The notes under the pieces were generated by a model. The model saw nothing but the letters and a program-made list of their open reading frames with translations, searched no databases and was not told the origin of the DNA. The translations under genes and the position numbers were made by a program. From a virus (Duplodnaviria > Caudoviricetes), in IMG/VR virus record IMGVR_UViG_3300011335_000305, positions 1 to 52,656 of that record: DNA of 52,656 bases; one strand, written 5' to 3'. The stretch's first letter is position 1; each line of letters starts with the position of its first letter. This document shows, in pieces, positions 27,424 through 37,100 of this stretch.

Positions 27424-27710
27424 TATATTGTACCTATATGGTTATTTTCAAACAACCAGCCAATTGTTTTTCGATGGCATTCATCCCATAACTCGATTCT
27501 TTCTTGCTTGGAAAGCTTGTTACCTTGATCTAATTCCATATGGCAAGAGTAACAAAGTGCGCCAATTCTGTAGTCATGGGCTTTGATTCCACGGCCTTTG
27601 CCGTCCCGTAGCTGGTTAGAATGCGCAGCCACCACCGTTCCATCGTTTCTGCCACAGTGTTGACAGGGTGATTGACGGACAATTTCTAGTAATTTCTTAT
27701 TTCGATACAT
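27420..27710 (-). CDS. DUF1364/DUF968-like His-Cys nuclease-like protein
   Basis: PCQHCG...TVVAAHSN...GKGRGIKAHD...LCYSCH. Confidence 0.7.
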   Translation of the reverse strand: MYRNKKLLEIVRQSPCQHCGRNDGTVVAAHSNQLRDGKGRGIKAHDYRIGALCYSCHMELDQGNKLSKQERIELWDECHRKTIGWLFENNHIGTIY

Positions 27711-27868
27711 GGAATCCTTAAAGTTGGGTGGATGTGTAGATTACTTGCCACCCCCAAGTTCGGAAAAGCCGATTAGGCGCATAAATTTTAAGGGGAGACA
27801 CCTAACCGATAATTGGTAATTTCGTATCTACAAGACTATAAAACCAAGCATGAATAACCTCCCCCCAA

Positions 27869-28057
27869 TTAACACCGACCATCGGGATCAAACTTATCCC
27901 AATGATTTTTTAAGTTTAAAGTATCGTTTAACTTTCTTATTTGGTATTCCAAATCTTTAATTTTGTACTCCATATCGGCTATACGCCTGTCCTTGTCGAT
28001 GCATTCTTTGATAATACTGTCGTAGTCTGCCTGTAATTTCCTTTGGTAAACATCCAT
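27869..28057 (-). CDS. Small coiled-coil hypothetical protein
   Basis: 62 aa ORF with SD. Confidence 0.55.
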   Translation of the reverse strand: MDVYQRKLQADYDSIIKECIDKDRRIADMEYKIKDLEYQIRKLNDTLNLKNHWDKFDPDGRC

Positions 28058-28066
28058 AATAACCCC

Positions 28067-28249
28067 TTATATGTCTTCTCTTTTATATTTCTTTAACAAA
28101 AAATACTTAAATTTTCTTAGTGCCTTCTTCTCTACTTCGCTAACTCTGCTTCTTGACATACCCAAAATTTCTGCTACTTCCTCTTGGCTCATATGCCCTT
28201 CATCGTTTCTTGGTGACTTACTTTTTGGCATATCTTCCTCTTCATGCAT
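28067..28249 (-). CDS. Sigma70 region-4-like HTH protein
   Basis: MSQEEVAEILGMSRSRVSEVEKKALRK. Confidence 0.8.
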   Translation of the reverse strand: MHEEEDMPKSKSPRNDEGHMSQEEVAEILGMSRSRVSEVEKKALRKFKYFLLKKYKREDI

Positions 28250-28258
28250 TTAATTTTC

Positions 28259-28471
28259 CTATTTAGCTTTGAGTGCGTTCATAACCACCGCAATCTTGTG
28301 CTTTAAAGCAGAAATTTCAACCTCATCCCTTCTTCGTTGTTCCCTGATGCCAATGTTCCACGCCCTTTGCCAAGCTGACCAAGCAACCTGTGCGCTTGTG
28401 TTAGCGTAAGAATTCTCATGGCGAACCAATGAAATTTTTCCTTCAGCCCATTCCTCAAACTCTTGTTTCAT
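28259..28471 (-). CDS. Hypothetical protein
   Basis: 70 aa; EFEEWA...AWSAWQ motif; AAGGAG SD. Confidence 0.65.
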   Translation of the reverse strand: MKQEFEEWAEGKISLVRHENSYANTSAQVAWSAWQRAWNIGIREQRRRDEVEISALKHKIAVVMNALKAK

Positions 28472-28877
28472 TGTATCTCCTTAAATATCGTCACAACACC
28501 TAGTTTCACAATCTTCGCAACAATTACACAGACTCTCTTCGTCTCCATGTATTTCTTCGGCAAAAGGGCAAGTATGCATATCTTGTGCCGGTTTCTTTTC
28601 GCAACAGCCACATAACTTTTTCATTTCTCCTCCTTATTTATGGCAATACGGACACTTGACCAGTATGGTTAGTATCTTTGACTTACAATGTACACAAATG
28701 TAAGGTGTCATTTCTCACTCGCTTTTTTTAGTAATGTTCTGAATTCATCCAATCCAACACCAACCATTTTTATTATTTCCTCATCGGTTAATTTACTTTG
28801 TTGTTTAAACATTGTGCAAATTAATCTCCACTCTTTTTGTGTAGGCAAAATGTCAGGATTCATTACAATTTCTTTAC

Positions 28878-29153
28878 TCATCCCTCACTCGCTTTCTTTA
28901 GTATTGCTCTTGCAAAATCAATTATCATATCTGTACTCAATTTAATTCCAAGCGCATCTTTATAAACTTGCATTATTTCCTCATCAGTTAACTCACGCAT
29001 TGGTTGCTCTTTAACTATGGGTTGCGCTTTAACTAAGTTATGCAACGCTTGTATTTCGGCTGACGTATACAAAGGGTTTAGTTTAAGTATCGAATCAGGT
29101 GGTGACTCTTTAAACAATATACCGCCATCTGATATGTATGCACTTGGTTTCAT
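28878..29153 (-). CDS. Hypothetical protein
   Basis: 91 aa; LTDEEI...FARAILKKASE motif common in small phage genes. Confidence 0.65.
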   Translation of the reverse strand: MKPSAYISDGGILFKESPPDSILKLNPLYTSAEIQALHNLVKAQPIVKEQPMRELTDEEIMQVYKDALGIKLSTDMIIDFARAILKKASEG

Positions 29154-29368
29154 TTCTTACTCCAATAAAATAGTTTAACGACTAACCTAAACCATAACGG
29201 TACATTAGGTTTATTAGGTTTATCTTCCTCAACCGATTTAGTCCCCCCATACAAACCTCTTGGGTCATGCCAACCAAATGTGTATCTCTCTTTAAATTCA
29301 GGCAATGGAAAACATTTACGACATCCTCCTAAATAAATACCATGTCTACAATTGCCGTAATGACTCAT
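29150..29368 (-). CDS. Small protein carrying a major-capsid C-terminal motif
   Basis: 72 aa, ATGA-coupled on both sides; ERYTFGWHDPRGLYG. Confidence 0.65.
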   Translation of the reverse strand: MSHYGNCRHGIYLGGCRKCFPLPEFKERYTFGWHDPRGLYGGTKSVEEDKPNKPNVPLWFRLVVKLFYWSKK

Positions 29369-29628
29369 TTTTCCCTCGCTTTCATCATCGCATCTGCAAA
29401 TTTATACGCAACATTCGCATACCCATCATACGGAAACTCATCATACGGAAACCCATCCATATCATCAATATACCAACAACTATCATCGCCTCTACTACCC
29501 TTTAACGGTAGCCCCATATGCTTCATGGCTTGAGCCGCAAAGTAATCCCTTAAGTCCATACCGCTATTCTCTTTAACACCTACTACGTTGTTACCATAAA
29601 TCGCTTCGCTACTTGGAAATGCTTTCAT
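29365..29628 (-). CDS. Conserved phage hypothetical protein
   Basis: GMDLRDYFAAQAM...AYKFADAMMKAR motif. Confidence 0.75.
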   Translation of the reverse strand: MKAFPSSEAIYGNNVVGVKENSGMDLRDYFAAQAMKHMGLPLKGSRGDDSCWYIDDMDGFPYDEFPYDGYANVAYKFADAMMKAREK

Positions 29629-29822
29629 CTGTCGCTCCTCATTGTTCGTTTAGCTTCTTCACACAACTTTGCGTAATCCTTGGGTACATCGGGATGCCAT
29701 CCACCCAACAGTAGTTCGCAGTTTAGTTTATATACTTCTTCCTTACGACTCAACTCGGTTAGGTAAATGATAAGCCCGCAGAACACAATCCACATACATA
29801 CAATAATTGGTATTGATTTCAT
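29625..29822 (-). CDS. Small membrane protein
   Basis: N-terminal TM helix; NC...GWHPDVP...C. Confidence 0.6.
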   Translation of the reverse strand: MKSIPIIVCMWIVFCGLIIYLTELSRKEEVYKLNCELLLGGWHPDVPKDYAKLCEEAKRTMRSDR

Positions 29823-30418
29823 TAGTAACCCTCAGATAATTTTATCTTAGCTTCTTTTAAACTTTTAACAGCACTTGCAACTCTTTTTGCCCAGCACTGA
29901 ACTTTTTCCTTGTGTTTTTCTTCGTCACGCTCATTCCAACCAAACTCTGTATCTCTTTCTGGTGGCACTTCTTTTGTTTTCTCCCATAATGTTGGACTAA
30001 TACCCAACAAATCATCAAGTACAGATGTACGAGAAGGGTGACGCAGTTTTCGAAAAGCTTTGGCTTCAATCTGACGGACACGTTCTTTATGTATTGAATA
30101 CATACTGGCAATTTGTTCAAGACTGTAATCAGTAACAGTGTCAATCCCAAAACGAAATTGAAGAATTTTTGATTCTCTAGGCGTTAAGCTATCTATCATT
30201 CGTCTTACTGTTTGTTTAAATTGAATCTCTTCCAAGATATCTTCAGGGCCAAAAAATTCAGTTAACTGTTCAATTTCTTCCGGATTAATTGTTTCATAGC
30301 TAGACTCTTCTTCAACAAAATAAGTTGGAGTAAAGTCCCCACTTAATGGCAATAGCCCAAGAGAGCCAATAACTTCACGCTCTCTGTAATGCATGGCAGT
30401 TTTATATTTTTTTCTCAT
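29822..30418 (-). CDS. RpoD region-4-like protein
   Basis: LTPRESKILQFRFGI...DYSLEQI...ERVRQIEAKAFRKLRHPSR is close to the sigma70 C-terminus. Confidence 0.85.
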   Translation of the reverse strand: MRKKYKTAMHYREREVIGSLGLLPLSGDFTPTYFVEEESSYETINPEEIEQLTEFFGPEDILEEIQFKQTVRRMIDSLTPRESKILQFRFGIDTVTDYSLEQIASMYSIHKERVRQIEAKAFRKLRHPSRTSVLDDLLGISPTLWEKTKEVPPERDTEFGWNERDEEKHKEKVQCWAKRVASAVKSLKEAKIKLSEGY

Positions 30419-30583
30419 TTACTTTGTCATACTTGCGTTTTTTGATGGCAGCAATACCAGCTTCAGGGCTTTTGTTTCGGGCAAGTAACATTTCATCAGC
30501 AAACCTATAACAATCTTCTGCGTTTGCCCCTGTTATCGCTTTAAACATAGCAAAACAATCTCTTAGATCTTGTTCGTTCATTA

Positions 30584-30862
30584 TTAATTCCTTAAAGATT
30601 GAATTTGTTCTGACAAAAGTAATCCCAAGTCTTTGCCTTTGATGGCAATCATTTGGGCTTCTTTGCAGTCATAAATTATTTTGCTGGCATCTTCAAGACC
30701 TTTGTTATAACCAGTCTTAAATTGATCAGTGCCGTCTACCAACATCATAATTGCATCACGAATCAGGGCAGAAGCTTTCCTGTTTTTGGCAGCTTCCTTC
30801 AGTTTTTTATGATGCGCCTCTGGCAAATAGACAGAGTACGGTATTAATTTTTTTGAGTCCAT
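30584..30862 (-). CDS. Ribbon-helix-helix-like protein
   Basis: PYSVYLP...LKEAAK...SALIRDAI. Confidence 0.55.
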   Translation of the reverse strand: MDSKKLIPYSVYLPEAHHKKLKEAAKNRKASALIRDAIMMLVDGTDQFKTGYNKGLEDASKIIYDCKEAQMIAIKGKDLGLLLSEQIQSLRN

Positions 30863-31278
30863 TCTTGGTACTCCCTAAAAAGTCTATCTAATAGTATTTG
30901 AGCTTCTCTGTTGGTTTTTAAATCTGACCTAGAAGGAATGTTTAGATACGATCTAAGCCATTCTGTAGCCTCTTCCATGTCTTCAATAAAGATACGATCA
31001 TCAGCGTGTAAATACTTCCAAAAGTTTGGATCCCTAGAAAGAATACCGGCTAGTCGAATTGCTCGATCACCGGAAAACTCTTCCGCTTTATCCATTGGCT
31101 GTTCATTATCATTAAGCCTGACAAGTACACATTGGTACCTAGCCCCAACAAAATCCCTGAGCAACTCTTCAGGAATTTCATCAGGATGTAGTGACAATGT
31201 TAAAACATAGCCAGTCTTATCTTGTTTGAGAGCAACCTTTACTGCTTCGAATTGCAAGGTTTTCAATGTTACTCCCAA
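30844..31278 (-). CDS. Conserved hypothetical protein
   Basis: 144 aa ORF in the recombination module. Confidence 0.65.
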   Translation of the reverse strand: MGVTLKTLQFEAVKVALKQDKTGYVLTLSLHPDEIPEELLRDFVGARYQCVLVRLNDNEQPMDKAEEFSGDRAIRLAGILSRDPNFWKYLHADDRIFIEDMEEATEWLRSYLNIPSRSDLKTNREAQILLDRLFREYQEWTQKN

Positions 31279-31538
31279 GGGTTAGATTCGGTTTTCTTCA
31301 CATAAGGCTGACCAATGCTCATGGAAAGATACTTGCCCACCTTTTCTGACTCTTTACTCCATGCACTGACAGATACTTTAATCGTAGATTCTTTTGACTT
31401 ATCAATTAAATCCAGTAGAAAGGTTTTGTCAAGAACTACCTCACCCCTTAAATCAGGTTGTGTTTCAGTCTTTTTAAAACTGTTCTTGAATAAACTGCCT
31501 GTGTTGGGTTTTGCTACATACGCTTCATCGTAAGCCAT
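31269..31538 (-). CDS. Putative single-stranded DNA-binding protein
   Basis: GSLFKN...QPDLRG...SAWSK...KYLSMS with an aromatic C-terminal tip; follows ERF. Confidence 0.6.
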   Translation of the reverse strand: MAYDEAYVAKPNTGSLFKNSFKKTETQPDLRGEVVLDKTFLLDLIDKSKESTIKVSVSAWSKESEKVGKYLSMSIGQPYVKKTESNPWE

Positions 31539-31540
31539 TA

Positions 31541-32245
31541 TTATTCCTTTGCAAAATTAGCTTTGGTTTGAGTAAATTTGCCCATCATTTCCTTAAAGAA
31601 GGATGGGTCAGTTGCTTTGACCGTATCAAATAGAACTTTGTTCTTTTTAAATATTGTCATTACATCGGCATCACTAGTACATACGTCTAGTAATAAATGA
31701 GAAGCTGTTTTAACCATGTCTAGCCATTCAGTTGCATCACCTTCAGGCACTGGCGAGACTCTAATCTGAAACTCTCCCCTATCCCCTTCAATTAGCTTGT
31801 TTGTCTCAACTGGCTGAATCTCTTTAACTTTAGGCAATACTGTTGGTTTAATTGGCGCAACTGGCTCAATATTCCCAGTTGTAGAATCTAGTGCATCATG
31901 TTCAGAGATTGCAAGGGCAGATACATAAAGATACCTACGCTGATACGTTTCTACCGCCCCAATATTCTGTACCACATGGCATCCTTTTAACTGGGCAGAT
32001 CCCATTGGCGATGTAAACACCACAGATGAACCATCTTCTACATCATAGACAGTCATTGTTGCTACATCTTCTGTAAAAGAAATAATATCGCACAGACCTA
32101 CATGCTCAAAGATAGACTGAACATAAGGCAAAAAATCACCCAGTTCAAAGTATTGATACCCTGCAAACTTGTTATGCCCTGACTTCTTTAACTCTAGCTT
32201 TCTCAGCATATTCCTTGCTTTGATTAATTTTGCATAAACTTTCAT
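31541..32245 (-). CDS. erf: ERF-family single-strand annealing protein
   Basis: KKSGHNKFAGYQYFELGDF and QNIGAVETYQRRYLY motifs. Confidence 0.85.
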   Translation of the reverse strand: MKVYAKLIKARNMLRKLELKKSGHNKFAGYQYFELGDFLPYVQSIFEHVGLCDIISFTEDVATMTVYDVEDGSSVVFTSPMGSAQLKGCHVVQNIGAVETYQRRYLYVSALAISEHDALDSTTGNIEPVAPIKPTVLPKVKEIQPVETNKLIEGDRGEFQIRVSPVPEGDATEWLDMVKTASHLLLDVCTSDADVMTIFKKNKVLFDTVKATDPSFFKEMMGKFTQTKANFAKE

Positions 32246-32417
32246 CCTAAACTCCTCAAATATTTATCTGCCAAACGATTGGCAATAATAAAAATTATGT
32301 CATGCCCCTCATGCTCAGATATATCGTCTTCCAAAATATCTGATGGTATTAATTCGCTCATGCTTGAATTACTTGCTAACGCCAACATAAATTCGTACAC
32401 CATTTCTTGCCTTGTTT

Positions 32418-32621
32418 TCATACTTTCTCCGTTAACATTGATTTATATAAAGATTCTATTTCTGCTTTTGCATCTACCAAACAATCCAACTGAATAACCC
32501 TATCCATTGTTAAAAATTCTTTAAAATAGATTGCGCTTGCCTCTCCAACGCATGGATCATAATTAATTTCAATAATTTTCATACTTTCTCCTTTAAATAG
32601 GTTTGATATTGATTGCACCAA
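32418..32621 (-). CDS. Hypothetical protein
   Basis: Short ORF, likely start MKIIEI after AAGGAG. Confidence 0.5.
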   Translation of the reverse strand: MVQSISNLFKGESMKIIEINYDPCVGEASAIYFKEFLTMDRVIQLDCLVDAKAEIESLYKSMLTEKV

Positions 32622-33469
32622 GTGCTAACTTGGCAATATGATTCACAACGAGTTCTTTCTCCTGATCTTATTTGGATATAGAACTTTTCTTTCGGTTTAC
32701 TACTTTGCAACTCTTTTAACGCTAAATCAGCTTCGTGTTCAGTCGGCATAACATACTTGGCTCTAACATTACCTTCTTTCATTACAGCCCATACAGCTGG
32801 CTTTTCCCACATCTCGTCAGGTGTACAATCAGGTAAGTCTCCATCGGTTTCTAAGGCAAAATCACATTCTGAATGCAGTGAAATACGAGCCCTGACAAAC
32901 TCTTCTCTTTCTGCCATCGACCATAAAACAACAGGCACTTCCTTAATTGGCGTTTCAGGATAATTTTCCTTTGTGCCAACTTCCCTTTGTTTCCAATCAC
33001 GCAAAATTGCTACTATGCCAAGATTAGTAACAGGAACTTTCTTTACTTTTTCTACTAACCAAGCATAGATATTTAATTGATATTCCCATTCAATCTTTTC
33101 ATTCATTACAGACCAAACACTGGTTGTTTTGTAATCTCTAATAGCAATCCCGTCATTGCCAATAAATTGTAAGTCTATTGCGCCACTGATATTCCAACCA
33201 TCTATCTCAGAATGTAGGCGCTGTTCGACCACATTATGTTGATCTTTACCGTGTTCTAAAAGGTTATGCATGGCAGAGCCAAGTAATGACCAAATCATGT
33301 CTGATACATCCTGCGTTATTTCATCATCAAACTTCCTTGTCAACGCCACAATCTTTGGACTGTTTAGCAACTGGGTTGCAGACAGATGCGCCTTACCTTT
33401 GTTGTAAGTAGGGCGCTCCAATACATTGACAAATGTTTGGGGGATATTAAATTTGTTAGTTAGTTTCAT
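32579..33469 (-). CDS. PD-(D/E)xK (RecB/Cas4-like) exonuclease
   Basis: LSATQL, GSAMHNLLE, ISGAIDL, DYKTT, QLNIYA and C-terminal RCESYC...WC. Confidence 0.85.
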   Translation of the reverse strand: MKLTNKFNIPQTFVNVLERPTYNKGKAHLSATQLLNSPKIVALTRKFDDEITQDVSDMIWSLLGSAMHNLLEHGKDQHNVVEQRLHSEIDGWNISGAIDLQFIGNDGIAIRDYKTTSVWSVMNEKIEWEYQLNIYAWLVEKVKKVPVTNLGIVAILRDWKQREVGTKENYPETPIKEVPVVLWSMAEREEFVRARISLHSECDFALETDGDLPDCTPDEMWEKPAVWAVMKEGNVRAKYVMPTEHEADLALKELQSSKPKEKFYIQIRSGERTRCESYCQVSTWCNQYQTYLKEKV

Positions 33470-33473
33470 GTTC

Positions 33474-33695
33474 TTACCTAACAATCAATTTAGAAAACAA
33501 TACAACTAACACAGTTAATATAAGAAACTTAACCATGTATTTAGCAATAATGCGATCTTTAGAGCTTTTAGGTTTTGCTAACAAAGCTTCCTGTAGAAAC
33601 AGCATATCTTTGTCATCAATTTGCATTGTGGTACCATTCTCACCATGCCGTGAGCCAATCTTTAAACCAGTTTTGGTTGTATAAGGTGTGTTCAT
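33474..33695 (-). CDS. Small membrane-anchored hypothetical protein
   Basis: PYTTKTGLKIG motif and C-terminal TM helix; TGCTAGGA leader. Confidence 0.65.
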   Translation of the reverse strand: MNTPYTTKTGLKIGSRHGENGTTMQIDDKDMLFLQEALLAKPKSSKDRIIAKYMVKFLILTVLVVLFSKLIVR

Positions 33696-33725
33696 TTTTG
33701 ATTTCCTAGCAGTTAATCAGACTAT

Positions 33726-33754
33726 AGTTTGCATGATATAATTTGATATGTCAA
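33726..33754 (-). promoter_or_regulatory. Sigma70-like promoter of the recombination operon
   Basis: TTGACA-N17-CAAACT followed by the TGATTAACTGCTAGGA leader. Confidence 0.55.
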
Positions 33755-33783
33755 TAGGTTGTACCCATATTTAGTCACCTACT

Positions 33784-34125
33784 ATGAAAATAATTAATTT
33801 ACCTTGGCCTCCGAAAGAATTATCCCCCAACGCCAGTATTCATTGGTCTAAGAAGGCAAAGTACAAAAAATTGTATCGGGAAGCTTGCTGGGTTTTAACC
33901 CTAGAAACTAAGCTAACAGTAGATACATTAGGGAAAGTCCCTATAGAGATAACCTTTTACCCACCCGATAAAAGACTGCGGGATGCGGATAACATGGTTG
34001 CCAGTATTAAATCTGGCTTGGACGGGGTAGCTGATGCTTTAAAAGTTAATGATAGGCAATTTTTGCCTACCTTTATTTTTACAGACGAAGTTAAGGGGAT
34101 GGTTTCTGTTCGGCTTGTAGTCTAA
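33784..34125 (+). CDS. rusA: RusA-like Holliday junction resolvase
   Basis: LPWPP...LSPN, FYPPDKRLRDADN...KSGLDG...VND motifs. Confidence 0.8.
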   Translation: MKIINLPWPPKELSPNASIHWSKKAKYKKLYREACWVLTLETKLTVDTLGKVPIEITFYPPDKRLRDADNMVASIKSGLDGVADALKVNDRQFLPTFIFTDEVKGMVSVRLVV

Positions 34126-37100
34126 ATCGAATCGTTTGCTCTAAGATTCTTTCTTTGGTTAACTTTAAGTTATTAATCTCAGCCCGTTTTTGTTCTGCAT
34201 TCCTCTGCGACTCAGGTAATTTTTCAATTCTACGGATATTGGAATTAATTTCAGACAAGTCCTTACCAGCTTGTTGAGTAAAGCCATACGCCTTGATCTC
34301 ATTAATATGATCTTGATACCATGACTTTGCTTCTGCCGTTTTCTGATTCTTCATCAAATCTCGGTATGTTGCCATAGCCACTTCGGTACGTTGTTTTAAG
34401 TCATAGAATAAGTCTTCTCTACCTCTTGGTACGTCAGGCGCTACAAAGCTTCCATACAGAGGATTAGAACGCTCTTCTGGCATTGGTCTATTATTCCCTA
34501 GGGCATTAGACATCCACATTGCTGTAGCCGCCACAGTGCCCCCTAAACCACGCATGAGGTGATCTGCTTCCATTGGGTTTAATAAACGCTTTTCTTTACC
34601 CCCTGTAACAGAGCTTAACCATTTGCCAAGTTCAGAAGTTGCAGCATTGTACTGCTCAAAAGCGGCTAAGTTTTCCATACCTCTTGGTGTAATCCTACCG
34701 CCAGTAAAGAAGTTACGGTTTAATTTAATTTCAGCCAAGGGCTTTAATCCTGTTGGCACTGGTCCCGATCCCAATGGACCAGCAAACGCATCAATAAGTC
34801 CTTCATGTAGGGCTTTACGCAGTCTTTCGTTATCTACTGCATCCTTTGTTCCTTCTTTTGTTATCTGATTAAATAACATTTCTGGAATAGACTTAAATAG
34901 ATAGCTGGCAGATGTATGCATTGGTATTAACAAAGTATGATCGTAACCAACTTCTTTCATTAACTTCTTAGGAATAACAAAGTTACGCATCTTTGTTTGA
35001 TCATCCATCTTGTTATATTCGTCATCATCACCGATGGCGTAACAATATAAAAGAACGGTTGCCGATAAGCCAAGCCCTGCAATAGTTAAACGAGTAATAG
35101 CTTTTTGACGATCCAGTCCTTTTAAGTTGCCACTGACACTAGTTACTTTTGCCCCAGTTAACTTTTCAATTCCGGCAGCTGGCACTTCCATTAACGCTTG
35201 TGTTAGTACGTCAATTTGCTGGGCAAACGCATTCATAAACGAAATAGTACGGTTTAAGAATTGCGCTGTAGCACTGTTGCCACGCTTTTCAAAGTCAATC
35301 ACATTGGTTGCAGCCAGTAGCGCTGCTCGCATGTCACCGCCAACAACTTTGCCATTAACAATCTTACCGCCAGATTCTATAATTTTCCGCATAAACACGG
35401 CTCTACGCTGTGAATAGTCAGAGGCATCACCAATCCGATCAAGCAATTTAGTAATCTTGGCGTAAGTAGACTGGTTAAGCAAACCCATTTCCTGTTTAAA
35501 TTCTTGCTCAGCAGTTCTTGCCGTAGAAGTAAAGCCACCAATACCATGTGATTTAAGTATTTGTACAACTGGATCATTGCTATTTAAAGCTTTAATGGCG
35601 GAAGAAAATACTTTAGTCCACAGGGCTAATGGGTTTTTTACACCTGTTACCAGCATAGCCGTTGGCGCATCCATAAATACTTGTTTGGCTTGGAACGCTG
35701 GGGAAATAGTTACTGCTCTGCGTAAGCCGTTGGCAAAGAATGATAGAACCGTTCCCATAGGCACTTGAATGCTTTCAATACCAATTGCAGCTTGAGCAAT
35801 CAGTGGATCAGCAATTTGAATATTTACCTTGCGACCATTAACTAAAATCTTAATAATGCCTTTTGAATGATCTTCTTGTGGGAATACTTTTAATTTGCCG
35901 TTCTCATTACGAACACCATACTCTTGGGCAATTCGGTTCATGGCGTAATTTTTAATAACATTACGGACTGTAACCATAACATTGTGAATCATGTTGTCCA
36001 CAATATCATCAATATCTAAATCAACTTCACCTTCTTTAAATTTTTGTTCTCTAGAAACATTTCGCACTGCTTTTGTGCCATAAGTATATTTTGGCGTAGC
36101 AGGACGGAACCAGCTTGCAGAATGAACATCCTCTTGGTCATCCATAATACGATTCCAAGGAACGTAATCCTCAATTTCTCTTAATGATTGAGCACGTCTT
36201 TTATCAATCATCTTTGCAAACTCCATGAAATCTACCATGTTTTTGTTAACAGCGCCCCAGTTATCCATCATCTGACGGAGTTCTGGGTGGAGTTTTTCTA
36301 AGTCACTGTATTTGTCAATCTCTTCATCGGTTAAGTTAACCTTGTCTAAAGCTATCTTAATATTTCGTAACCCTAATTCTGCATCGGCAATCTTGTTTAA
36401 CAGTGTTAACTGACGCTCTACACCAGTAGCCGGATCCATTTGTTCTGTTTTAAGATCTTCTAATTCACCCTCACGTTTCAGGTATTCATTCACAATAGAA
36501 CGGGAACGCTTAGCTTCAAAGTAAGCTTGAATTGCTTTGTAAGACAGCTCTCGACCAATACGATTTTCTAACTTATGTTTTAAGTCAATCACATTAGCCA
36601 TTGAATACTTGCTTTCTGATGCAGCAAACATTTGCTCATTTGGGTCGAATGCAAGCATTCCATCTAAAATTACTTGAGTTCCTATACGGGTAGCTCGTAA
36701 TGCTTGATTCATTGCCACAGAAGCTACAGCACGATTTTGGCTATCCTCTAGCATACGCCCATACCTTGCGGCATCAGCAGCTGTTAAGCCGGCAGTAAAG
36801 TCAGTTGTCTTAATCCTTGCGGCAAGAACTACACGATCTACATTGCCAACTAAATTAACTGCGGCCTGTTTAGGGTTGACAAGCATATTCCTACCAATAC
36901 GATTGGCTTCCTTCATGCCACCCATCAGCTTGTCATAGTTTGAGCCGGATACAGACAGAGGAGCATCTGGTCTATCTTTTAATATATCTTCTGTGGTTTT
37001 AATATTGTTAATAAAATCTAGTTTAACTTTGCCTTGGGTAAGGTAATCCACCAACATAATATTATGGGATCTTGGTGTTTCACCTTTAATCAACTGATTG

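Noticed and set aside
26864-27868. tRNA genes in the non-coding stretches
   Set aside because: No cloverleaf with a T-loop GTTCGA and acceptor stem was found.
30474-30499. Minus-strand CTGATGA...GAAA
   Set aside because: The intervening bases form no stem II and the site is inside a small ORF.
32579-33469. Cas4 of a CRISPR system
   Set aside because: No array or other cas genes; adjacency to ERF and an SSB-like gene indicates a recombination exonuclease.
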